A stretch of DNA of 64,000 nucleotides from an uncultured Acidobacteriota bacterium (GCA_963844845.1 CAWJPW010000003.1:723968-787967); one strand, 5' to 3'. Shown: positions 31,661 through 42,571, counted from the stretch's first letter. Program-made: numbers and translations. Notes: generated by a model from the letters alone, not told the origin.

Positions 31661-32978
31661 CTTCCCCTCCAGCTGGAGCCGGGCCGCGCTGCGGAAGGCG
31701 CAGCGTGAAACGAACCGAGCCCGTGTCGTTGCGGCTCAGGACGAGGTCGCCGCCGTGGGCCCGGGCGATGTTGCGGCTGATGGCAAGGCCCAGCCCGGTA
31801 CCCTGGGCCTTGGTGGTGAAGAACGGCTCGAAGAGGCGGGGGAGATCGTCGGCCGGTACCGGAGGTCCATCGTCGTCGACCCAGAGCTCGAGCCCGCCGT
31901 CTTCGGCGGGGGCCGCGCCCAGGACGACCCGACCTCCGGGGGGCGTGGCGTCGATGGCGTTGCCCAGGAGGTTGAGCAGCGCCTGATGAACCTGGGCCGC
32001 ATCGATCGACGCGGTGAGGTCGGCGGGGCACTCCACCTTCAGCTCGACGCCGGCCTGCGGCACGCGTCCCTGTGCGATTCCCGCCACGTAGCCGAGTGTG
32101 GTGACGATCTCGGCGGGCTCCCGGCGTGGCTCCCGCTGGCGGGCGTACTGGAGGAAGTCCCCGGTGAGCGTTTCGAGGCGGCGGGCCTCCTGCGCCGCCA
32201 GGATACAGAGCTCCTGTCGCTTGCCGGCCTCGCACGCAGGCTCGTGCGCCAGTGCGAGCGCGGAGGTGATCATGGCCACCGGGTTGCGGACCTCGTGCGC
32301 CACAGCACTTGCGAGGCGCCCCACGGCGGCGAGCTTCTCCTCGCGGACCAGCTGGTCCCTGGTGTTGCGCAGCTCGTCGAGGCTGCGGGCGAGGCGCTCC
32401 TGCTCGTGCCGCAGCTGGGCCGCGAGAAAGGCGACCACCAGGGCGACGATCAGATAGAGCAGGGCGACGCCGGCGGCCTCGAAGTACTCCGACGTTCCCC
32501 TCCCCTGATGTGCTTGGTAGTACAATCCCACCTCGAGCACGGTGAGGGCACCGGTCACCCCCACGACCAGGGTGATGCCCGCCGGGCGGTAGCGGAAGCC
32601 GGCGGCGATCACCGGGATTACCATGAGGGCCACGTAGTGGCTGTCCTCGAGCCCGCTGGCGGCGGACAGGGCGAAGGCGAAGGTGATGTTGAGCCAGATC
32701 GACGCGCTGGCGTAGCGCATCAGCCAGGCGTCGTGCGCAGCCGACCCCGACCGTGCCCGCACCCAGGCCAACTCGGCTCCCTGCATGAGGAAACGCCCGA
32801 GGAGCAGGACGAAGAAGAGCGGGCGGGGAACTCCGAGGAGGGTCTCGAAGAGGAGATGGGACCAGGCGATGGCAGCGAGCACCGCCAGGTTGAGACCGAT
32901 GATGACGGACTCCTGTCGGCGCACCACCGCGGGTGAAGTGGGGGCGACGAGGCGGGGCAGCCGCGGCGAGGAGCTCAT
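31638..32978 (-). CDS. membrane sensor histidine kinase
   Basis: Multi-TM N-terminus. H-box AHEVRNPVAMI, N-box LLNLLGNAIDA, and G-boxes DDDGPPV and GTGLGLAISR. 23-nt overlap with the NtrC-like gene. Confidence 0.92.
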
Positions 32979-33119
32979 GGCGGAGGACCGAGTGTATCAG
33001 AGGCGCAACGGGCGGGAGGTAGAGCGATCAGCGTTGGCAGACGCAGTCGCCTCGCGCCGCTGGAGTTGAGCTTCCATGAAACAGGGTGTATACCTTGGGA
33101 GACATCTTGGGAGGTGCTC

Positions 33120-33656
33120 ATGACCAGGCTGACGCGCGCTGGAGTGGTCGCTGTGGTGTTGTGTGTGGTGGCTCTTGCGGCTGGCGCCGCGGAAGATCCT
33201 GGTGATGCGATCCTCGGGCTCTGGCTCACCGCCCCCGGCGAGAACGGACAGGCCCGGGTGGAGATCACACGCAACGGTGACCATTACGACGGGCGGATCG
33301 TCTGGCTCGAGCAGCCCGACTTCCCGCCAGACGATCCCGACGGCATGGCCGGGAAGCCGAAGGTGGATCGTGAGAACCCTGATCCCGACCTGCGGGCGCG
33401 GCCGATCCTCGGCCTGGAGATGGTGAGAGGCTTCGAGTGGGCCGGTGACCAGAGCTGGAGCGGGGGCACCATCTACGACCCCGAGAGCGGCAAGACCTAC
33501 AAGTGCAAGGCTTGGTTCACCAAGGACGGGGACCTCAAGGTGCGCGGCTACGTGGGGATCTCGCTGTTCGGACGCACAACGGTGTGGACGAGGGCGTCGG
33601 CTTCGCCGAGCCCGTCCACTGAGGACAGCGGGGACGCGAGCAAGGCGGGCTCGTGA
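33120..33656 (+). CDS. DUF2147 domain-containing secreted protein
   Basis: ATG 33120 preceded by GGGAGGTG. Signal peptide. GLWLT...ARVEITRNGDHYDGRIVWL...GGTIYDPESGKTYKCKAWFTKDGDLKVRGY matches DUF2147. Confidence 0.8.
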   Translation: MTRLTRAGVVAVVLCVVALAAGAAEDPGDAILGLWLTAPGENGQARVEITRNGDHYDGRIVWLEQPDFPPDDPDGMAGKPKVDRENPDPDLRARPILGLEMVRGFEWAGDQSWSGGTIYDPESGKTYKCKAWFTKDGDLKVRGYVGISLFGRTTVWTRASASPSPSTEDSGDASKAGS

Positions 33657-33734
33657 CGATCGCGAGGTGCCGGGCAGGTCGACGTATCATCCCGGAAACG
33701 CTGCGTCTGCTGTCTTCATTGACCACGTGAAGCC

Positions 33735-36700
33735 ATGACCGAGCCCTTGCGGTTGATTCTCATCGCGTCCTCGCACGCCCGCGCCGGAGCCGAGCGTGTC
33801 GTCATGTCGGAGCTCGCCCCCTGCGACATCGTCCACCTCGAGCACCCGGCGGCACTGCTCGCTGCGCTGGAGGAGCGCGCCACCGACGCCGTGGTGCTGG
33901 CCACGCCCCAGCTCGACGACGAGGCGACCCGCGCCCTGGGGGCGGTGCGCACGCGCTGGCTCGGGCTGCCGGTGGTGGCCCTGGGTGCCGGTGACGCCGT
34001 GCCGTCGGGGCTCGTGGACATCCTCGAGGCCGAAGCGCTCGGCGAGGGGTTGCGAACGCTGTGCGGACGGGCATCGCGCATGAGCGGGCGAGGCGTGGAG
34101 GAGCACAGCCTGAGGCTGCTGCTCGACGCGCTCCGCGTCGGCACGTTTCGGTCATCCGTGGAAGGCCAACTTCTTCACGCCAGCCCTGCGCTGCTCAACA
34201 TCGTCGGCCTGAACCCCGACCAGGCGACTATCCCCCTTGACATCACGCCGCACTACCTGCGCGTCGACGACCGGCGGCAGCTCGTCAACGAGCTGCGCCG
34301 CGACGGAGTGGTGCACGAGCACCAGCTCGAGCTGCGCCGGCCTGACGGCCGCTGCATCTGGGTGGCGGTGACCGAGCGGCTGACGACGACCGCCGCCGGC
34401 CGGCCCGTCATCGACGGGATCATGGCCGACATCACGATGCAGAAGCGAGCCGAGGACGCGCTCAAGCACACCGAGGAGAGGAACCGTCTTCTCTTCGAGT
34501 GCGCCAGCGATGCCATTCTCCTGGCGGATGCCGACAGCGGGCTCATCCTCGATGCCAACCCGCAGGCCGAGCGGCTTCTGGGTAGGCCCAGAGAGTCGCT
34601 GGTGGGAACGCACCAGGAGACGCTCCACCCGACTGGCAACGGCATCGACTATGCGCAGATCTTCCGCGAGCATGCGGAGGCGACGACGACGGTCTCCGGC
34701 CCGCTCAAGGTCAGGCGGGCCGACGGCACCACGGTGCCGGTGGAGATCTCGGCCGGCGTCGTCGAGCTGGGCGAGAGCCGGGTCGTGCAGGGGATCTTCC
34801 GCGACGTAACGGAGCGCGAGCGCGCCGAGCACGCGCTCAAGGAGAGCGAGGAGCGGTTCCGTCGGCTCGCCGAGGCCACCCCCGACGGCATCATGATCCA
34901 CGAAGTCGGGCGGATCCTCGACTGCAACGAACGGTTGGGGGAGATGGTGGGATGCGACTCCTCCGAGCTCGTCGGCACCAACGCGCTCGATCTCGTGATC
35001 CCGCAACACCGCGGCATCGTGTCCACCAACATCGCCACCGAGACTCCCGGTCCGTACGAGGTGCTGGCGCGCCGCAAGGACGGGACCACACTGCTGGTCG
35101 AGATCCGCGCCACCGAGGTTCCTTACGCCAACAGTCGGGCGCGCGTCGCCTGCATCCGCGACCTCACTCGCGAGCGGCGCACCGAGGAGAGCCTGCGCGA
35201 GAGCGAGCGGGCCCTGGCCACCCTCTTCAGCAACCTGCCCGGAATGGCCTACCGGTGCTGCAACGATGCCGACTGGACCATGGAGTTTGTCAGCGAGGGC
35301 GCGGTGGAGCTCACTGGTTACCTGCCCGCCGACGTGATCGACAACCGCAGCATCTCCTTTGGCCGCATCATGCACCCTGACGATCGCGAGAGGGTGTGGA
35401 ACGAGGTGCAGCTGGCCATCGAACGGCGTGAGGCGTTCAGTCTCAACTACCGGATCATCACCAAGTCCGAGGAGGTCCGCTGGGTCTGGGAGCGTGGCCG
35501 GGGCGTGTTCGACGAGGATGGTGACCTGGTGGCCCTCGAGGGGTTCGTCAGCGACGTCACCGAGCTGAAGAACACCGAGGAGGCGTTGCGTCGTTCCGAG
35601 AGCATCTACCGGACGATCTTCGAGAACACCGGTAGCGCCACCGTGATCATCGATGATCGGGCGGTGATCACCCTAGCCAACGGTGAGTTCTCCCGCCTCT
35701 CGGGTTTCGCCGTCAACGAGGTCGAGGAGAAGAAACGGTGGACCGACTTCGTGGTGCCCGAGGATCACGAACGGCTGATGCAGTTCCAGCGCCTGGTCAT
35801 GTCCAGCATGCGGCCCGCCCCCGAGAGCTTCGAGTTCGGTTTCCGTAACCGTTTCGGTGAGCGACGCACCATCTATGCCACCGTGGCGACGATCCCGGGG
35901 ACCCGGTTGAGCGTCGCATCGCTGGTGGACATCACCGACCGCAAGCGCGCCGAGGAGCAGCTGCTGTTCGACGCGTTTCACGACGGGCTCACCGGGTTGC
36001 CCAACCGCGAGCTCTTCCTTGACCGGCTCGCGGGCGCACTGGCGCGCTCGCGGCGGCGTGACGACTACGAGTTCGCGGTTCTCTTCCTGGATCTCGACCG
36101 CTTCAAACTGGTGAACGAGAGCCTCGGGCACCTCATCGGTGATCGTCTCCTGGAGGAGGTCAGCCGGCGTCTGGCCTCCAGCATGCGGCGCGGCGACACG
36201 GTGGCGCGCCTGGGGGGGGACGAGTTCGCCATCCTGCTCGACGACCTCAACGACGTGGACGACGTCACTTTCCTGGTCGACCGGCTGCACAGCCGCGTCA
36301 GCGAGCCATACCACCTCGACGGGCACGAGGTGTACACCTCCGCCAGCATCGGCATCGCTCTCTCCGCCAGCGGCTACGAGCATGCTGAGGAAGTCCTCCG
36401 TGACGCCGACATCGCCATGTACCGGGCCAAGGCGCGCGGCAAGTCGCAGTCGGCCGTGTTCGACGTGGAAATGCACGCCCGTGCGGTGGCGCTGCTCGAG
36501 CTCGAGACCGACCTCCGCCGCGCCCTCGAGCGGGGCGACTTCCGGCTCCACTATCAACCCATCGTGGCGCTGAAGAGTGGTCGCACGGCGGGCCTCGAGG
36601 CCTTGATTCGCTGGGAGCATCCGACCCGCGGCGTGGTCTACCCCGAGGAGTTCATCCACGTGGCCGAAGAGTCGGGGCTCATCGTGCCCATCGGTCAGTG

Positions 36701-37274
36701 GGTCCTGCTGGAGGCCTGCCGGCAGATGCGCCAGTGGCGCGACGTGCTCCAATCCAACAGTCGTCCCGTGGCGATCAGTGTGAACCTGTCGGCCCGCCAG
36801 TTCACCCGGCCGGAGCTGGTCGACGATGTCGCCCAGGTTCTCGAGCGCACCGGTCTGGACGGAAGCTCCCTGGTGCTAGAGATCACCGAGAGCGTGCTCA
36901 TGGAGCACGCAGAGATCGCGGTGGAGGTGCTGTCGCGCCTGCGCCAGCTGGGGGTCAAGGTCCACCTCGACGACTTCGGCATGGGCTACTCCTCGCTCTC
37001 CTACCTCAACAGCTTCCCCATCGACAGCCTCAAGATCGACCGCAGCTTCGTGAGCCGGTTGGGTCTGCGGGGGGAGGGTCTGGAGATCGTCCGCGCCATC
37101 ATCACCCTGGCGCGTAGCCTGGGGATGGAGGCCATCGCCGAAGGGGTCGAAACCGAGGAGCAGCGCGCGCAGCTCCACGCTCTCGAGTGTCTCTATGCCC
37201 AGGGCTACCTCTTCCACTCGCCACTGCCAGCGGACGAGATGGGCCGGCTCCTGGGCGCCGACCACCGCTGGTGA
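33735..37274 (+). CDS. pseudo-receiver / multi-PAS / GGDEF / EAL signalling protein
   Basis: Receiver-like N-terminus lacking the acceptor Asp (DAVVLATPQL). At least four PAS/PAC units. [18 protein letters not shown] (I-site plus GGDEF). EALIRWEHP and DDFGMGYSSL (EAL). Confidence 0.93.
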   Translation: MTEPLRLILIASSHARAGAERVVMSELAPCDIVHLEHPAALLAALEERATDAVVLATPQLDDEATRALGAVRTRWLGLPVVALGAGDAVPSGLVDILEAEALGEGLRTLCGRASRMSGRGVEEHSLRLLLDALRVGTFRSSVEGQLLHASPALLNIVGLNPDQATIPLDITPHYLRVDDRRQLVNELRRDGVVHEHQLELRRPDGRCIWVAVTERLTTTAAGRPVIDGIMADITMQKRAEDALKHTEERNRLLFECASDAILLADADSGLILDANPQAERLLGRPRESLVGTHQETLHPTGNGIDYAQIFREHAEATTTVSGPLKVRRADGTTVPVEISAGVVELGESRVVQGIFRDVTERERAEHALKESEERFRRLAEATPDGIMIHEVGRILDCNERLGEMVGCDSSELVGTNALDLVIPQHRGIVSTNIATETPGPYEVLARRKDGTTLLVEIRATEVPYANSRARVACIRDLTRERRTEESLRESERALATLFSNLPGMAYRCCNDADWTMEFVSEGAVELTGYLPADVIDNRSISFGRIMHPDDRERVWNEVQLAIERREAFSLNYRIITKSEEVRWVWERGRGVFDEDGDLVALEGFVSDVTELKNTEEALRRSESIYRTIFENTGSATVIIDDRAVITLANGEFSRLSGFAVNEVEEKKRWTDFVVPEDHERLMQFQRLVMSSMRPAPESFEFGFRNRFGERRTIYATVATIPGTRLSVASLVDITDRKRAEEQLLFDAFHDGLTGLPNRELFLDRLAGALARSRRRDDYEFAVLFLDLDRFKLVNESLGHLIGDRLLEEVSRRLASSMRRGDTVARLGGDEFAILLDDLNDVDDVTFLVDRLHSRVSEPYHLDGHEVYTSASIGIALSASGYEHAEEVLRDADIAMYRAKARGKSQSAVFDVEMHARAVALLELETDLRRALERGDFRLHYQPIVALKSGRTAGLEALIRWEHPTRGVVYPEEFIHVAEESGLIVPIGQWVLLEACRQMRQWRDVLQSNSRPVAISVNLSARQFTRPELVDDVAQVLERTGLDGSSLVLEITESVLMEHAEIAVEVLSRLRQLGVKVHLDDFGMGYSSLSYLNSFPIDSLKIDRSFVSRLGLRGEGLEIVRAIITLARSLGMEAIAEGVETEEQRAQLHALECLYAQGYLFHSPLPADEMGRLLGADHRW

Positions 37275-37326
37275 AAACGGCTGCTGCCGGCGTGGTGGCT
37301 GGTACACTATTCCGCCGCGGGGGAGG

Positions 37327-38916
37327 ATGATGCCAAGGGGAGACACGGTGTGGCGGGCCGCGTGGCTCGTGGTGGTGATCGCGCTGGTGGCCCTGGCGTG
37401 CGCCGGTCTCAACCGGTCCGCGGCCGCCTTCGAGGTGGCCGAGGGTGTGTCGTTGATCTTCCCCGCCGCCGCCCTCTCGGCTCTCGCCGGCGTGTTGCTC
37501 GGGTGGTGGGGCGCCGCCGCGGTCTTCCTCGGCTTCCTCATCGCCCCCTGGGGTCTCGCCAACACGCCCGCCCGGGTGGTCTACTTCGCTCTGGCCGGGG
37601 CGGCGCAGGCGGCGGTGCCGGCGATGGCGCCGCTTCGTGCCGAGGGATCCACGGCGCGTCGGGTGCTGCGCGTCCTCCTCTACGCCGCGCTCCTCAACAC
37701 CTTCGCCTCGGCGCTGCTGGGCGTGCCCGCGGTGATCCTCCTGGCGTCGCCACACGCCCCGTGGCAGCACGTGGCCCTGGTGTCCGTGAGCTGGTTCCTG
37801 GGAGATGCCTGCACGGTGTTTCTCCTCGCCCTGCCGGTCCTCGTGCTGCTGCGTCCCGCGCTTCTGCTCGATCCCGCCGAGGTGGCGATGCTGCACGGCT
37901 GGGCCCGCCGCTGGCAGGACCAGGTGCTGCTGGCCGGAGTGGTCGGGGCCGTGGTCCTTGCCATGGAGCTGCTGGTGCCACGAGGCGGGGTGAGCATCCA
38001 CTGGCTTGCGGCGTTCTTCCTGGTCGCCGTGCTGGTGGCGGCGGTGCGCGGTGGGGTCGGCGCCGGCCTGCTCTCGAGCGCTTTGGTGAGCGTCGCGTAC
38101 ATCTTCGAGGTCCTTCGGCTGGTGCAGCCCCCTGGGCGGACCGTGCTTTTCCGGGAGGTCTTCTCCAGCTACCTCAATCTCGTCATCTTCGCCGGCGCGG
38201 CGGTGGTGGCAGGTCTTTACTCCGCGCGCTCCCGCGGGCTGCTGGCCGAGCTGTCCGAGCACCGCTGGATGCTGCAGGAGAGCTTTGAACGGGTGGTCAC
38301 CGCGTTGGCCGCCGCCATCGAGGCCAAGGACCGCTCCACGCAGGGGCACGTGCAGCGGGTGGCCAAGCTGGCGGTGGCGGTGGGCAAGCGGCTGGGTATC
38401 GAGGGCCGCCGTCTCGAGCTCCTGCGCTACGCGGCAATTCTGCACGACGTGGGCAAGATCGGGGTGCCCGAGCAGATCCTGAACAAGGACGGCCCGCTCG
38501 GCACTGCGGAGCGCCGCCTGATGGAGGCGCACGTGGAGATCGGAGTGGAGATCCTCGCCAGCGTCGATATTCTGCTGCCCGCCATCCCCTTCATTCGCTA
38601 TCACCAGGAGCGTTGGGACGGGCGCACCGAGGGGGTGCTGTACCGCGGGTATTTTGGGCTCAAGGGGGAGGAGATCCCACTGGAGGCGAGGATCATCGCG
38701 GCCGTCGACGCCTACGACGCCATGATCTCGGACCGGCCCTACCGCGGCGGCGTCACTCGATCCCAGGCTCTCGACGAGCTCAAACGCGAGGCTGGTGCGC
38801 AGTTCGACCCCAGTGTCGTCGACGTGCTGGTGACGCTCATCGAGAGCCAGGCCTGGGATATGAGCTCTGACCGGTGGCCTGTGCTCGGCGAGGAGCTTCC
38901 CGAGGGCGTGGCGTAG
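37327..38916 (+). CDS. membrane-anchored HD-GYP-type HD-domain protein (GYP motif degenerate)
   Basis: ATG 37327 preceded by GGGAGG. About 8 TM helices, then HVQRVAKLA...ILHDVGKIGVP...YHQERWDGRTEGVLYRGYFGLKGEEIP...DAYDAMISDRPYR. Confidence 0.85.
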   Translation: MMPRGDTVWRAAWLVVVIALVALACAGLNRSAAAFEVAEGVSLIFPAAALSALAGVLLGWWGAAAVFLGFLIAPWGLANTPARVVYFALAGAAQAAVPAMAPLRAEGSTARRVLRVLLYAALLNTFASALLGVPAVILLASPHAPWQHVALVSVSWFLGDACTVFLLALPVLVLLRPALLLDPAEVAMLHGWARRWQDQVLLAGVVGAVVLAMELLVPRGGVSIHWLAAFFLVAVLVAAVRGGVGAGLLSSALVSVAYIFEVLRLVQPPGRTVLFREVFSSYLNLVIFAGAAVVAGLYSARSRGLLAELSEHRWMLQESFERVVTALAAAIEAKDRSTQGHVQRVAKLAVAVGKRLGIEGRRLELLRYAAILHDVGKIGVPEQILNKDGPLGTAERRLMEAHVEIGVEILASVDILLPAIPFIRYHQERWDGRTEGVLYRGYFGLKGEEIPLEARIIAAVDAYDAMISDRPYRGGVTRSQALDELKREAGAQFDPSVVDVLVTLIESQAWDMSSDRWPVLGEELPEGVA

Positions 38917-38995
38917 GGAGCATGGAAACAAACCGACGGACCTGGTGTTCGTTGAAGGGACGCTCCGGCGTCTCATCAGCTCAAGGGAGTCGTTC

Positions 38996-39586
38996 ATGCG
39001 CCGCTTCGTGACCCTCGCTGCCGTCGTGCCTCTCGCCCTCGCTGTTGGCTGCGCCAAGGAGAGCCCGCCCCCCCAGTCGAGTCTGGCACCGGTGGCGCCG
39101 GTCGCCGACCACGCTCCCGCGAAGATGCCGGTGACCGCGGCGGGCCTTACCTTCACCCTCCCTGCCGGCTGGCGGCAGCAGGCCGTGACCTCATCCATGC
39201 GTGTGGCCCAGGCCGCCATCCCCGGTTCAGGCGGCGAGGCGATCCTGACCGTTTTCTACTTCGGCCCCGGCGGAGGCGGCGGAGTCGAGGCGAACCTCGA
39301 GCGCTGGGCGGACCAGGTGGAGCCTGCACCGGGCACCCAGCCAAGCCGCGAGCAGCTGGAGGTGGGCGACCTGCGCGTCTACGTGGTCGACGTTCGTGGC
39401 ACCCTCAAGCCCAGCGGCATGGGCACCGGTCCGAGCGAACCGCAGCCTGACGCCCGGCTGCTGGGGGCCGTCGTGGAGGGTCCCGGCGGCCCGTGGTTCT
39501 TCAAGGCGACCGGTCCGGACGCCACCCTCGGGCCGGCCCGGGAGAAGTTCGTCGACCTCCTGCGCAGCCTTCGTGCCGCCTCGTAA
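38996..39586 (+). CDS. hypothetical lipoprotein
   Basis: ATG 38996 preceded by AAGGGAG. Signal peptide with lipobox LALAVGCAKE. I recognise no domain. Confidence 0.65.
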   Translation: MRRFVTLAAVVPLALAVGCAKESPPPQSSLAPVAPVADHAPAKMPVTAAGLTFTLPAGWRQQAVTSSMRVAQAAIPGSGGEAILTVFYFGPGGGGGVEANLERWADQVEPAPGTQPSREQLEVGDLRVYVVDVRGTLKPSGMGTGPSEPQPDARLLGAVVEGPGGPWFFKATGPDATLGPAREKFVDLLRSLRAAS

Positions 39587-39638
39587 CCTCCTTGCGCGGT
39601 GAGGGCGCGCTCGTTGACGCCTCATTGCTGATACGCTC

Positions 39639-41156
39639 ATGGGGATGAACTCGACCTCACCCGCGTCCCGACCGTCCGACGCCGAGCACCCCCGTGTTCT
39701 CCTGTGCACACCAGAGATCACGGAGCTGCCCGAGGGGATGGGAAACCTCGCCCACGCGGTGGCCGTCAAGGGCGGTGGTCTGGGCGACATCTCGGCGGGC
39801 CTCATCGAGCAGCTGCAGCGCAAGGGTCACTTCGAGATCCATATCGCCATGCCCCTTTACGCCCAGCGCATCAGGAGCCAGCTGCGGCTCTCGGACGCCG
39901 AGCTGGGGCGCATGGTGCGGCTGCTGGGCGAGGAGGGGATCCACCTGATCCGCCATAGCGCCTTCGCCCACACCGGCGTGTACGAGGAGACCGAGCTCCA
40001 CCCGAGTATTCGCCGCGCCGAGGCTCTTCAGGCCGGCGTGGTGACGCTGCTCGACTACCTCCAGCCCGAGCTCATCCACTGCAACGACTGGATGACCGGG
40101 CTGCTGCCGGCGGCCGCCCGTGCACGGCAGATCAAGAGCCTCTTCACCCTTCACAACATCTTCACCCAGTACGAGACGCTAGAGAACGTGTACCGCTCCG
40201 GGATCGACGTCACCGAGTTCATGAACAACCTGTACTACACGCGCTACCCCGGATTCGAGGGCGACGATTGGCGGCGCAACGTGGTGGACTTTACGGCGAG
40301 CGGTATCTACGCCGCCGACTGGTTCAACACGGTGAGCGCCACCTTCCTCGACGAGCTGGTACGAGGAGACCTCCCCGCGCTGGTGCCCGCAGGGGTGCGT
40401 GATGCGGTGCGCAAGAAGTACGCGGGGGGGCGGGCATCGGGCATCCTCAACGCCCCCAACGACTCGGTCAACCCCTCTGTGAGCAGGCACATCACCTGCT
40501 TCGACACCGACAGCCTGCCGCAGGGCAAGGCGGTCAACAAGGAGGACCTCCAGCGTGCGATGGGGCTCCGCCGGGAGCCCGACCGACCGCTGTTGTTCTG
40601 GCCCAACCGGCTCTACGAGCAGAAGGGCCCAGACCTTCTGCTCGCGGTGGTCCGGCGCTGCCTGACCGAGCTGGGGGCACAGGTGGCAGTGGTGGCGAGC
40701 GGGGACGCCAAGGTTGAGCGAGCGCTGGGGGAGCTGAGTCTGGAGTCGGACGGGCACATGGCCTACCGGCCGTTCCAGGAGTGGCTGTCGGAGCTGGGCA
40801 AGGCGGGCAGCGACTTCCTCCTCATGCCGTCGCGCTATGAGCCGTCCGGCCTGCCCCAGATGGAAGGCCCACGCTACGGCACCCTACCTATCGTAAGGGC
40901 CACTGGCGGGCTCCGTGACACCGTGGAGGAGCTCGATTGGAAGTCGGGCACCGGTAACGGCTTTCTCTTCGAGGACTACAGCGCCTCGGCCCTGCTCCGT
41001 GCCATCGGGCGCGCGGTGGCGTTCTACCAGTGCCCGGTCTCGGTGCGCCTGGAGAACCTTTGTCGCATCCGCGAGGAGAGCCTGCAGCGGTTCAGCTTCG
41101 AGCGCACTGCCGGGGAGTACGCTGCTCTCTACGAGCGCCTGCTGGCGGAGGACTGA
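39639..41156 (+). CDS. glycogen/starch synthase-like glycosyltransferase (GT5)
   Basis: VKGGGLGDISAGL (KxGGL motif). PSRYEPSGLPQMEGPRYGTLPIVRATGGLRDTV mirrors the GlgA C-terminal catalytic region. Confidence 0.8.
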   Translation: MGMNSTSPASRPSDAEHPRVLLCTPEITELPEGMGNLAHAVAVKGGGLGDISAGLIEQLQRKGHFEIHIAMPLYAQRIRSQLRLSDAELGRMVRLLGEEGIHLIRHSAFAHTGVYEETELHPSIRRAEALQAGVVTLLDYLQPELIHCNDWMTGLLPAAARARQIKSLFTLHNIFTQYETLENVYRSGIDVTEFMNNLYYTRYPGFEGDDWRRNVVDFTASGIYAADWFNTVSATFLDELVRGDLPALVPAGVRDAVRKKYAGGRASGILNAPNDSVNPSVSRHITCFDTDSLPQGKAVNKEDLQRAMGLRREPDRPLLFWPNRLYEQKGPDLLLAVVRRCLTELGAQVAVVASGDAKVERALGELSLESDGHMAYRPFQEWLSELGKAGSDFLLMPSRYEPSGLPQMEGPRYGTLPIVRATGGLRDTVEELDWKSGTGNGFLFEDYSASALLRAIGRAVAFYQCPVSVRLENLCRIREESLQRFSFERTAGEYAALYERLLAED

Positions 41157-41195
41157 TGGAGCGCCACGCAGGCCGGCTCGGGGCGGGGGCCTGAG

Positions 41196-42563
41196 GTGCT
41201 GCTCCGGAGGCGCCGCCGGATTGGGGTCACCGGGCTCGGCAATGCCGGCAAGAGCGTCTTCCTCACCTCGCTGATGAGCCACCTCGAGGAGCATGACCCG
41301 GAGCGGCTCCCCCTGGGCCGCGACGGACGGGCCCAGGTGCGCGCGTTTCGGCGGCTGCCGCTGCCTCCTGGCCAGAACCCGCTGGACTGGGACGCCTGCC
41401 GCCGGACCATGGTCGAGGCAGGGCGGTGGCCGGCCAAGACCGGCGCGAACGCGCACCTGCGCTGCGCCTTCAGCCGATCGGACTGGAGCTATACCGACAT
41501 CGAGCTGCAGGTATTTGATTTCCCGGGGGAACGGCTGGCCGACGCTCTCATGCTCGATCGCGATCACGCCGGTTGGTCCGACGCCGTGCTCGCCATGGTC
41601 CGCTCTGATCCGCAGGCGGCGGGCCTCGCCGGCGAGCTGGAGGCTGCCTTGGCCCAGCCCCGGGTGAGCGCTGGCGAGCTGGTGAGCGGCTACCGGCTTC
41701 TCCTCGCCCGCCTCGCCCTGAGCTACCGCTCCCTGGTCACGCCGTCGACCTTCCTGCTCGACGTCGAAGGTCGGATGGCCGAGCTTGGCCGTCCGGAGGT
41801 GATCGCCGCGGCACGGCCGGCGGGCTTGGTTGACGCCGAACTCGCGCCCGTGCCCACTTTACTGCGTGCGCGCCGTCCTGACCTTGCCCGCCTCTTCGAC
41901 GCTCGCTACGAGGTCTACGTCCGCCGGGTCGTGGCGCCGGTGTTCAGAGCGCTCGCGGGCTGCCACCGTCTCCTCGTGCTGGTGGACGTGCCCGGCCTGC
42001 TGATGGGCGGCACCGGGCGCTACAACGATCAGAGGATGGTGCTCAAGCGCCTGTTCGCGTCGCTCGATCCGCGGCGCGGCCTCCCAGAGCGGCTGGCCGG
42101 TGCTGCCGCCCGCCTCGTGGCTGGCGACCGACTTCGGCCGGGCGGTATTACCCGCGTGGCCCTGGTGGCCTCCAAGGCCGATCTGGTGGCGCCGGTCGAC
42201 CGTGGAAACCTCCTCGCCCTGTTGCGCGACATGGCCCGGCGTCCCGCTGAGGACGCCAGCTGGCGGGTGGCCTCGTTCACGGCGTCGGCAGTGGTCTCCA
42301 CCCGCACGGTCGAGGAGGGGGCACGGCTTCTGAGCGGGAGACCGCTCGTGGACGAGCGGGGCGCGGCACTCGGCCCCGCCGCCGCCCCGCGGACGTTCCA
42401 CGTGTCGCCGGTGCCGGAGCGCTGGCCGGAGGAGTGGGAGGCTGGCGCGTTCAGCTTTCCCGACGTCTACCCCGAGGTGCCGAGGCGGATCGACCTGCCG
42501 CCGCGGCAGATCGGCCTGGGAGGAGTTCTCGAGTTCCTCCTGGCCGAGCGGATGCTGGAGTGA
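41196..42563 (+). CDS. ycjX: YcjX-family P-loop NTPase (DUF463)
   Basis: RRIGVTGLGNAGKSVFLTSLMSHL parallels the E. coli YcjX N-terminus (LAVTGLSRSGKTAFITSLVNQL, from memory). GTG start, 39 nt after the preceding gene. Confidence 0.8.
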   Translation: MLLRRRRRIGVTGLGNAGKSVFLTSLMSHLEEHDPERLPLGRDGRAQVRAFRRLPLPPGQNPLDWDACRRTMVEAGRWPAKTGANAHLRCAFSRSDWSYTDIELQVFDFPGERLADALMLDRDHAGWSDAVLAMVRSDPQAAGLAGELEAALAQPRVSAGELVSGYRLLLARLALSYRSLVTPSTFLLDVEGRMAELGRPEVIAAARPAGLVDAELAPVPTLLRARRPDLARLFDARYEVYVRRVVAPVFRALAGCHRLLVLVDVPGLLMGGTGRYNDQRMVLKRLFASLDPRRGLPERLAGAAARLVAGDRLRPGGITRVALVASKADLVAPVDRGNLLALLRDMARRPAEDASWRVASFTASAVVSTRTVEEGARLLSGRPLVDERGAALGPAAAPRTFHVSPVPERWPEEWEAGAFSFPDVYPEVPRRIDLPPRQIGLGGVLEFLLAERMLE

Positions 42564-42571
42564 GGCCGACC

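Noticed and set aside
33043-33058. Sigma-54-like ttggcagacgcagtcgc upstream of the DUF2147 gene.
   Set aside because: The -12 element is off by one position and lacks TTGC. It is too weak to call.
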